From Candidatus Nanopusillus sp. (GTDB lineage Archaea > Nanobdellota > Nanobdellia > Nanobdellales > Nanobdellaceae), in the NCBI GenBank assembly GCA_028276785.1, contig JAPYVP010000015.1, forward strand, positions 1 to 12,210: 12,210 bases of DNA, written 5' to 3'. Of the stretch, positions 6,054 through 12,210 are shown one piece after another. The notes below the pieces were generated by a model. That model did not search any database. It saw only the letters and a list, made by a program, of their open reading frames with translations, and was not told the origin of the DNA. Every line of letters begins with the position of its first letter. The first letter of the stretch is position 1. A program made the translations under genes and the position numbers.

Positions 6054-7613
6054 ATGAAAATAGTAATATTAGCAGATCATAGGTGGAATTCTGGGGCAAA
6101 AACATATACTATAAGTGCAACTTTATCTTTTTTAAAAATATATGAATTACTTAAAAGTAGATTAAAAGATTTAGAAATTAAACTTTATGTAACAACTTTT
6201 AATGGGAATAATGGTGTAGATTATCATGAAGTTGATTTTAATGAATTATATAAATTATATAAAGAAGGAAAAATAAAAGAAATCTTAGAACTTGCAATAG
6301 AACAAAATTATAATGACAAATCCAGAAAGATCGGGTTGGATGATTTATTAACTGGTTTATCCAGTTCAGATTTTAAATTTATTAGCAGTGCTGGTTTTGG
6401 GATATTTGATAGAAATATAACAAAGGAAAATTTAGATAGAATATTATCTGAAAAGGGAAATTTTGTTGTAATGGTTCATTCTGATCTTGATGGTAATTTG
6501 TTAATTAATCTTTGGAATATAATTAATCGTAATGAATTAAAAAATATAAGAGAAGAAACTAAAAGAAAAATATATAATTTACTTGAAAAAAGAATACATA
6601 AAGGTTATTTGGATGATGAAGATCAGAAAGAATTGATAAATCTAGCAAAATATTTATTTTTTGAGGATAATGAAGAAGCTAGAGAATTAAGAGAAAAGTA
6701 TAGGTGGTTAGTAGAAGCAATTGAAAAAGAATTGCATATATTGGATAGGTTAAAATATGGAATTGTAATGTTTCCTACAGATATCGTTCGTGATTCAAAT
6801 GAAAGATATGCAGAAAAAGTTACTGGGTCTAAATTTAGAAGAGCAATAGTTTTAGATGAGCCAATGTTTATGATATCATTATGGAAGAATTATAGATATG
6901 AAATAAAAGCTTACAAAGATTATTATGTGGATTCATATAAAGAGGATAAGAGAACAAAGCTAATTTATAACGGAAGAATTCATCCAGAAAAAGGTATAAA
7001 TGATGTAATAAAGTTATATGAAGATTTACTTAAGGAGGGTAAAGATGTAATGTTAATAATAATTACTCCAGACATGCGTGAAGGAAGTGAAGAGTATGAA
7101 AAGTTAAAAGAAATTATAAGTAAATATAAGAGAGGAGAAGTTCATATATATAGTGAGCAAATGGGAAATTCATTGTATGTATATCCTTTACATCTCATAG
7201 GATTCTTAGAAGCAATGGGGGAATTAAAAAATACAGTATATATTAACGCGGCTTATATAGAGTCATATGGTCTCGCTACTTTAGAGGCACTAATATTTGG
7301 AAAGTTGCCAATAATACATAGGAAGATTTCTGCATTACAAGAATTAGAAAAAAGAGGAATATTAAGTAGTGAATTATCATTTAAGACATATGAAGATTTA
7401 TATAATTTGGTTAAAGAAGTAATTGGAAAAATTGAAAGTGGAAGTTTTGATGTAAACAAATATATAAATGAAGAAAAAAGAAAAGAATTAATTGAGTCAG
7501 CAGATCCTGAAAAAGTTGCGGAAATATATGCAGAAATAATATACAATTATATAAGGGAAAATTATAACAATTTAGAAAATCAAAAAGCGCAAGAAGATAA
7601 TGTAAATTCATAA
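6054..7613 (+). CDS. GT-B fold glycosyltransferase (GT4 / glycos_transf_1-like) with a long atypical N-terminal region
   Basis: The C-terminal half carries GRIHPEKGINDVIKLYE and the E-x7-E motif ESYGLATLEAL (starting at 7260), followed by GKLPIIH. The N-terminus MKIVILAD...GAKTY looks like the first Rossmann strand. About 240 aa between them have no recognisable motif. Confidence 0.7.
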   Translation: MKIVILADHRWNSGAKTYTISATLSFLKIYELLKSRLKDLEIKLYVTTFNGNNGVDYHEVDFNELYKLYKEGKIKEILELAIEQNYNDKSRKIGLDDLLTGLSSSDFKFISSAGFGIFDRNITKENLDRILSEKGNFVVMVHSDLDGNLLINLWNIINRNELKNIREETKRKIYNLLEKRIHKGYLDDEDQKELINLAKYLFFEDNEEARELREKYRWLVEAIEKELHILDRLKYGIVMFPTDIVRDSNERYAEKVTGSKFRRAIVLDEPMFMISLWKNYRYEIKAYKDYYVDSYKEDKRTKLIYNGRIHPEKGINDVIKLYEDLLKEGKDVMLIIITPDMREGSEEYEKLKEIISKYKRGEVHIYSEQMGNSLYVYPLHLIGFLEAMGELKNTVYINAAYIESYGLATLEALIFGKLPIIHRKISALQELEKRGILSSELSFKTYEDLYNLVKEVIGKIESGSFDVNKYINEEKRKELIESADPEKVAEIYAEIIYNYIRENYNNLENQKAQEDNVNS

Positions 7614-7619
7614 TCCTTA

Positions 7620-7625
7620 TTTTTT
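7620..7625 (+). terminator. oligo-T (T6) termination signal after the glycosyltransferase gene
   Basis: A T6 run lies 7 nt after the stop codon and upstream of the ppsA TATA box. Confidence 0.35.
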
Positions 7626-7641
7626 AGTGGTTATCTAATTC

Positions 7642-7648
7642 TTATAAA
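7642..7648 (+). promoter_or_regulatory. TATA box for ppsA
   Basis: TTATAAA lies 23-29 nt upstream of ATG 7671. Confidence 0.5.
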
Positions 7649-7670
7649 GATCAATATTTCTTTAATCTTT

Positions 7671-9953
7671 ATGGTATATATAAAGTGGCTTAATGAATTA
7701 TCTAAAGATGATGTAAATATTGTTGGTGGAAAAGCTGCAAATTTGGGAGAAATGACAAAAATAGGTATTCCTGTTCCCCCAGGATTTGCCATAACTGCAG
7801 AAGGATATTGGAAATTCGTAGAATACAATGGAATAAAAAATAAAATAGAAGAAATATTGAAATCAATTGATATAAATAATCCAACACAATTAAGAAAAGC
7901 TGCTAATCAAATACAAGAGTTATTTATACAAGGAAATATCCCGGATGATCTAAAGAATGAAATATTAGAAAATTATAGAAGATTATCGAGCATGTTTGGA
8001 AATGAACCAATATTTGTTGCTGTAAGATCATCAGCAACTGCAGAAGATTTACCAAATGCCTCTTTTGCAGGTCAGCAGGCTACATATTTAAATGTAAAAG
8101 GAGAAGACAAATTATTGGATGCAGTTAAAAAATGTTGGGCATCCTTGTGGACGGCAAGAGCAATTAATTACAGATCGGCTATGGGATTTGATCATAGTAA
8201 AGTAGCATTATGTGTTGTAGTACAAAAGCAGGTATTTTCAAAGAAATCTGGCGTAATGTTTACTGCAGATCCTATTAAAAATGATTTATCAAAAATAGTA
8301 ATTGAATCTTCTTGGGGATTGGGCGAAGCAATCGTTTCTGGAGCAGTAATACCAGATGAATATATTGTAGATAAGAATACATTAAATATATTAGAAGTAA
8401 AAATAAATGAAAAGAAAGTTATGACAGTATACGATCCTGATTCGTTTACAAAGGAAGTAGAAGTTCCAAATGAATTAAAGAATTCGAGAGTATTGTCTGA
8501 TGATGAAGTAAGAACTTTAGCAAATTATGGAAAGATATTAGAACAACATTATGGAAAGCCACAGGATATAGAATTTGCAATTGATGATAATGGTATATAT
8601 ATTGTACAAACAAGAAATATAACAACAATTAAGAAAGTAAAGAAAGAGGAAGTAGAAGTAAAAAGTGAAAAAATATTATTAAAGGGTATTGCTGCATCAC
8701 CAGGTGTTGGTACTGGAAAAGTAAAAATAATATTATCTCCAGAAGAATTTGATAAATTTGAAGAAGGAGATGTATTAGTTACTGTAATGACAAATCCAGA
8801 TTATGAACCATTAATGGCAAAGGCTTCTGCAATAGTTACAGATGAAGGTGGACATTTATCACATGCTGCAATTGTTTCAAGAGAACTAGGAAAACCTGCA
8901 GTTGTTGGAACAAAAGATGCAACTAAAATATTGAAGGATGGAATGATTGTAACTGTAGATGGAACACATGGTATTGTATACGAAGGAGAAGTAAAATTGG
9001 GAGAATTAACTAGAAAAGAAGTTGCAAGAAAAGTAGTAAAGTCTACACCATTAGAAATTACAGCTACAAAAATTATGGCAATCGCTGATTATCCAGAAAC
9101 TGCAAGTAAAGTAAAAGATTTAGTAGATGGAATAGGATTATTAAGGTTGGAATTCTTGGTATTAAGAAATAGAAAACATCCAAGATGGTATTTAGATAAT
9201 AATAAGTTAGATGAATTTACAAATATGTTGGTAGAAAGATTGGAAGAAATATTAAGAATTATGTATCCTAAACCAGTAATAGTTAGGACATTGGATATGA
9301 GGACCGATGAATATAGAAATTTAGAAGGAGGAGAAAAAGAACCAAAAGAAGCAAATCCAATGATGGGATGGCATGGTATTAGGAGGGATTTAGATCAGGA
9401 ACAACTATTTAGAGCTCAGATAAGAGCTTTTAAAATATTAATAAAAGAAAGAGGATTGAATAATTTATGGGTAATGTTACCATTTGTAATATCATGGGAA
9501 GAAGTATATAGAGCAAAAGAAATAATTAAAAGTGAGGGATTAATACCTGGAAAAGATATGAAGTTTGGAATAATGGTAGAAACACCCGCTGCCGCATTAA
9601 CAATTGAAGATATAATTAAGAATGCCGGTATAGATTTTGTATCTTTCGGAACAAACGATTTGACACAATTAACATTGGGAGTAGATAGAAATAACGAAAT
9701 GGTACAAAAATTAATGGATGAAGGACATCCTGCAGTTGTCAAATTAATATCAAGGGTAATAAAAGTATGTAGAAAATATGGGGTATATACATCATTATGT
9801 GGACAAGCCGGTTCCAGACCAGATTATGCAGAATTATTAGTAAAACTTGGCATAGATTCTATATCAGTAAATGTAGATGCAATAGAATTAGTAAGGGAAA
9901 CTGTAGCAAGGATGGAGAAAAAACTTTTATTAGATAAAATAAGAAAATTATAA
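7671..9953 (+). CDS. ppsA: phosphoenolpyruvate synthase (pyruvate, water dikinase)
   Basis: 760 aa. The N-terminal ATP-grasp motif is VGGKAANLGEM. The swivel-domain phosphohistidine motif is GGHLSHAAIVSRELGKPAVVG, with the His codon at 8862-8864. The C-terminal PEP-utilising domain carries NDLTQ and CGQAGS. Confidence 0.95.
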   Translation: MVYIKWLNELSKDDVNIVGGKAANLGEMTKIGIPVPPGFAITAEGYWKFVEYNGIKNKIEEILKSIDINNPTQLRKAANQIQELFIQGNIPDDLKNEILENYRRLSSMFGNEPIFVAVRSSATAEDLPNASFAGQQATYLNVKGEDKLLDAVKKCWASLWTARAINYRSAMGFDHSKVALCVVVQKQVFSKKSGVMFTADPIKNDLSKIVIESSWGLGEAIVSGAVIPDEYIVDKNTLNILEVKINEKKVMTVYDPDSFTKEVEVPNELKNSRVLSDDEVRTLANYGKILEQHYGKPQDIEFAIDDNGIYIVQTRNITTIKKVKKEEVEVKSEKILLKGIAASPGVGTGKVKIILSPEEFDKFEEGDVLVTVMTNPDYEPLMAKASAIVTDEGGHLSHAAIVSRELGKPAVVGTKDATKILKDGMIVTVDGTHGIVYEGEVKLGELTRKEVARKVVKSTPLEITATKIMAIADYPETASKVKDLVDGIGLLRLEFLVLRNRKHPRWYLDNNKLDEFTNMLVERLEEILRIMYPKPVIVRTLDMRTDEYRNLEGGEKEPKEANPMMGWHGIRRDLDQEQLFRAQIRAFKILIKERGLNNLWVMLPFVISWEEVYRAKEIIKSEGLIPGKDMKFGIMVETPAAALTIEDIIKNAGIDFVSFGTNDLTQLTLGVDRNNEMVQKLMDEGHPAVVKLISRVIKVCRKYGVYTSLCGQAGSRPDYAELLVKLGIDSISVNVDAIELVRETVARMEKKLLLDKIRKL

Positions 9954-10745
9954 ATGAATAAAAAGGATATATTATATATATCTTTAATAACTGTTTTTTC
10001 TATATTTTTTATACTTTTACCAATAAATATCAACATATTTGTTAAAATTGGAATAATTGTATTATTATATTTAATTTATTCATTAAAATATCTTCAAGAA
10101 TATTTAGAATATGAAGAGATGATAAACAATTTTCCATTATTTTTAAGAGATTTATCCCACTATTTAAAAATAGGACAGCCATTACCAATTGCTCTAAAAA
10201 GCGTGTCAAATAATTATTATGGAAAAAGATTGAATAGAGAAATTAAATATATAATTTCTGAGATGGAATATGGGAAAACTTTTTATGATGCGTTAAATGA
10301 TTCTGCAAAGAGGATAAATAATTTAGAAATATCTGAAGTTTTATTGAATATAAATAATGTTTTAAAAAGTGGTGGGGATTTAAGTAATTTATTAGATACA
10401 TTATCAGAAAGCATAAGAAATTTAGAAATGATTAAAAAGGAGAGATTATCTCAATTAAAACTTACGACATATACATATTACGGATTATATCTCGGAGTTC
10501 TATTATCAATTATTGCAGTATATTATTTAATAATTAATATAAAATCATTGGGTCTTTCATTTAATAAAGATGTATATTATGAATTAATAAATGCTTATAA
10601 ATTCTTATCTTTTTTATTATTATTAATTAATGCAATTTTTACTGGTTTAGTTATTGGAAAACTTGCAAAAGGAACTATAAGAGCTGGTATAGTTCATAGC
10701 ATAGTTTTGACAGCCATATCTGTAGGTTTTTTCTTTTTATTATAA
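9954..10745 (+). CDS. single-domain T2SS-F/TadC/FlaJ-like polytopic membrane protein
   Basis: 263 aa with two N-terminal TM helices. A cytoplasmic helical domain follows: FLRDLSHYLKIGQPLPIALKSV...ISEMEYGKTFYDAL...VLKSGGDLSNLLDTLSE. This fits the T2SSF domain pattern (aG-pl-eAl, G-sl-eal, sG-l-L). Three C-terminal TM helices complete it. The ATG immediately follows the ppsA stop. Confidence 0.65.
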   Translation: MNKKDILYISLITVFSIFFILLPININIFVKIGIIVLLYLIYSLKYLQEYLEYEEMINNFPLFLRDLSHYLKIGQPLPIALKSVSNNYYGKRLNREIKYIISEMEYGKTFYDALNDSAKRINNLEISEVLLNINNVLKSGGDLSNLLDTLSESIRNLEMIKKERLSQLKLTTYTYYGLYLGVLLSIIAVYYLIINIKSLGLSFNKDVYYELINAYKFLSFLLLLINAIFTGLVIGKLAKGTIRAGIVHSIVLTAISVGFFFLL

Positions 10746-10753
10746 TTTTAAAA
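10746..10753 (+). promoter_or_regulatory. TATA-like box for the eL39-like ORF
   Basis: TTTTAAAA lies 23-30 nt upstream of ATG 10776. Confidence 0.4.
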
Positions 10754-10775
10754 TTTTTTCATTTAAGAAATTATA

Positions 10776-10901
10776 ATGGTATTCAAGAACTATAATGTTA
10801 AAATAAGAAAAATTAAGGAATCAAGAAAATTTATGAGACCACCTTTTTGGGCAGCAATTAAAAAATTTGGTAGAATAGTTCCACTTTATAGATTAAAATA
10901 A
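10776..10901 (+). CDS. rpl39e: ribosomal protein eL39 (L39e)-like mini-ORF, C-terminally short
   Basis: A 41-codon ORF below the ORF-track cutoff: MVFKNYNVKIRKIKESRKFMRPPFWAAIKKFGRIVPLYRLK. From memory, VKIRKIKESRKFMRPPFWAAIKKFGRI aligns to archaeal L39e KKxRLAKALKxNxxxPxWxxxKTxGRV. TTTTAAAA lies 23-30 nt upstream. Confidence 0.5.
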   Translation: MVFKNYNVKIRKIKESRKFMRPPFWAAIKKFGRIVPLYRLK

Positions 10902-11930
10902 TTATACATTTGGTTCTACATTTTTTATTATAGGATCTATATCCATTCCTGGTCTTCTATTTTTTATTAATACAACTCTTGAATCAACATCTTCATCAAA
11001 TATCTCATAACCAGGTAGTTTTTCTACTAATCCTTTTGCAAAATTTCTTATATCTTCCATGCTTGGAACATTTTTATATTCTAACTTCAACCTTGAATAT
11101 CCTAAGAATGAGTAAGATTTTACTTCTATAAAGTGGGGATTATATATTTCAATTAATTTAGCCCATTCATCAAAATAATTCGGATCATTATTTACTCCTT
11201 TAATTAATGTTATTCTTGCAACTCTTCTTGTTTTCATTTTTGATGCAATTTCTAATGATTTTAGAAATCTTTCCCAATAATCTTTATATAAAGGTACAGA
11301 TATTTTTTTGTACATTTCTTTATTTGGAGCTGTAAAAGATATATATAATTGGGTTGGTAATGCATTTTTTTCGATTAATCTTTCCAATGCTTCTGGAACC
11401 TGTCCGGATGTTACTATAAATATTGATTTTATCCATGGCCAATTTTTCTTAATATACAATATACTCTCTGCAACATATGGGTATAACAATGGTTCTCCCG
11501 ATAATGAAAATGTAACATGAGTTGGTTTATCAATAAATTTATCCAATAATTCTTTATTTGCCTTTGGGTTGCCATAATATCCAATTAATAGTTTCCTTCT
11601 TAATTCTCTAAGTTTTTCCATTATTTCTTCAGGCTTATCTACTTTGTCTTCTGGTAATATATCATAATAAGGTTCGAATTTTGTATTTGGTCTCCAGCAA
11701 AATATACATCTATTTGTACACCAAACAACTGATTGTGTCATTTCCATACATCCTGCAGTGTCTATTCCATAGAATTTATTTTTATAACAGACCCTTCCAT
11801 TTATAATTGATTCTTTTGTCCAATGACAAATTTCAACAGCAGAATGATTATAAATTCCATATCCAGCCTTCTCTAATTGCTTTAAAGTCTTTAAATTATG
11901 TACTTTCCATTTTTCGACATTTTCATTCAT
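10902..11930 (-). CDS. taw1: tRNA 4-demethylwyosine synthase (radical SAM, Taw1/TYW1)
   Basis: 342 aa. HSAVEICHWTKE...CYKNKFYGIDTAGCMEMTQSVVWCTNRCIFCWRP matches Taw1. The radical-SAM CxxxCxxC lies at 11697-11720 on the minus strand, preceded by upstream auxiliary-cluster cysteines. Confidence 0.9.
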   Translation of the reverse strand: MNENVEKWKVHNLKTLKQLEKAGYGIYNHSAVEICHWTKESIINGRVCYKNKFYGIDTAGCMEMTQSVVWCTNRCIFCWRPNTKFEPYYDILPEDKVDKPEEIMEKLRELRRKLLIGYYGNPKANKELLDKFIDKPTHVTFSLSGEPLLYPYVAESILYIKKNWPWIKSIFIVTSGQVPEALERLIEKNALPTQLYISFTAPNKEMYKKISVPLYKDYWERFLKSLEIASKMKTRRVARITLIKGVNNDPNYFDEWAKLIEIYNPHFIEVKSYSFLGYSRLKLEYKNVPSMEDIRNFAKGLVEKLPGYEIFDEDVDSRVVLIKNRRPGMDIDPIIKNVEPNV

Positions 11931-11953
11931 TGAATAATATATTATATAACATA

Positions 11954-11961
11954 GTTATAAA
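11954..11961 (-). promoter_or_regulatory. TATA box for taw1
   Basis: The minus strand reads TTTATAAC, 24-31 nt upstream of the ATG at 11930 and immediately downstream of the sRNA D box. Confidence 0.45.
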
Positions 11962-12019
11962 TGTATCAGTGAACTTGGCATTCATCATTCGTCAGCTGAG
12001 AAGGCTTTCTTCACCCAAG
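11962..12019 (-). ncRNA. C/D-box sRNA (2'-O-methylation guide)
   Basis: The minus strand reads GUGAAGA (C, 12014-12008), a 12-nt spacer AAGCCUUCUCAG, CUGA (D', 11995-11992), CGA, AUGAUGA (C', 11988-11982), a 12-nt spacer AUGCCAAGUUCA, then CUGA (D, 11969-11966). This patch is visibly more GC-rich than its surroundings. The ends are approximate. Confidence 0.7.
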
Positions 12020-12210
12020 TAATTGTATATCTTAAAGGATTTTATTTCATAATTTTTAAAATATTTCTTAATCAATTCTTCAAATTTTTCTTTATTTAAG
12101 TTTTCTCCACTACACCATGCAGCATCTATATCTATATAAATTCCATCCTCTTCAGTATAGCTACTTATTACTATATGAGATGTTGTTAAAATTCCAATAA
12201 ATGTTATATC
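11992..12210 (-). CDS. partial ORF (C-terminal 72 codons, continues beyond the window), pyruvoyl-type S-adenosylmethionine decarboxylase (SpeH)-like
   Basis: An open frame runs from the window edge to TGA at 11994-11992. From memory, ITFIGILTTSHIVISSYTEEDGIYIDIDAAWCSGE resembles SpeH [32 protein letters not shown]. It is missing from the track because it has no in-window start. Confidence 0.4.
   Translation of the reverse strand, partial: DITFIGILTTSHIVISSYTEEDGIYIDIDAAWCSGENLNKEKFEELIKKYFKNYEIKSFKIYNYLGEESLLS

Noticed and set aside
6608-6650. GATGATGA C-box-like motif inside the glycosyltransferase gene
   Set aside because: No CUGA lies 12 nt downstream, there is no second C'/D pair, and there is no local GC enrichment. 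The motif simply encodes DDE.
7253-7887. Four minus-strand ORFs overlapping the glycosyltransferase 3' end and the ppsA 5' end
   Set aside because: All are antisense to regions carrying strong family motifs (EX7E, GGKAANLGEM). They also overlap one another in different frames.
8495-8540. CTGATGATGA motif inside ppsA
   Set aside because: No D' or D box at canonical spacing. It is explained by the codons for SDDE.
2410-9953. Possible inteins or other large insertions in reverse gyrase or PpsA
   Set aside because: Both proteins have family-typical lengths. Their conserved motifs occur in uninterrupted order, and no intein block motifs were seen.
8446-10036. Minus-strand ORFs 8446-8628, 9416-9742 and 9824-10036
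   Set aside because: They are antisense to conserved PpsA domains and to the T2SSF-like gene start, and carry no independent signals.
11666-11690. GGTTCGAAT, the canonical tRNA T-loop sequence, raising the possibility of a tRNA or a split tRNA half
   Set aside because: The flanks (ATAA / TTTGT) cannot form a T stem. No acceptor or anticodon arm is present. The motif lies in frame inside taw1, where its complement encodes KFEPY.
11308-12022. Plus-strand ORFs 11308-11520 and 11807-12022
   Set aside because: The first is antisense to taw1. The second spans the taw1 start, its promoter and the C/D sRNA. The sRNA and the minus-strand ORF explain the sequence better.
1-12210. CRISPR arrays, transposases or integrases, toxin-antitoxin pairs, or other defence islands
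   Set aside because: I saw no spaced direct repeats of 24-40 nt, no terminal inverted repeats and no recognisable nuclease, integrase or toxin motifs. All sizeable ORFs are housekeeping genes or orphans.

Overview
This is a very A+T-rich (about three quarters A+T by eye), tightly packed archaeal chromosome segment. Most genes concern translation or RNA modification: a Zn-ribbon protein, aEF-1beta, a TRAM-domain protein, ribosomal protein L7Ae, an eL39-like mini-ORF, the wyosine radical-SAM enzyme Taw1 and a divergent THUMP-type methyltransferase-like ORF. The rest includes PEP synthase, a GT-B glycosyltransferase, a nitroreductase, a single-domain T2SS-F-like membrane protein and two orphans. 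The most diagnostic gene is a stand-alone topoisomerase (Toprim/Topo IA) half of reverse gyrase with no helicase half upstream. This split is known from Nanoarchaeum. Together with the base composition and compaction, it suggests a hyperthermophilic Nanoarchaeota/DPANN-type genome (inference). Three features are absent from the ORF track. They are a canonical C/D-box sRNA on the minus strand at about 11962-12019, a 41-codon eL39-like ORF at 10776-10901, and a partial ORF running off the right edge. The sRNA overlaps the stop of that partial ORF and sits directly in front of the taw1 promoter. Most genes have a TATA-like box 23-30 nt upstream of the ATG, which implies leaderless mRNAs. I found no CRISPR array, mobile element, rRNA or tRNA, and no recognisable defence or other multi-gene system. 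The least explained element is a 308-aa orphan with a GC-rich Gln/Pro tail and repeat-flanked promoter.
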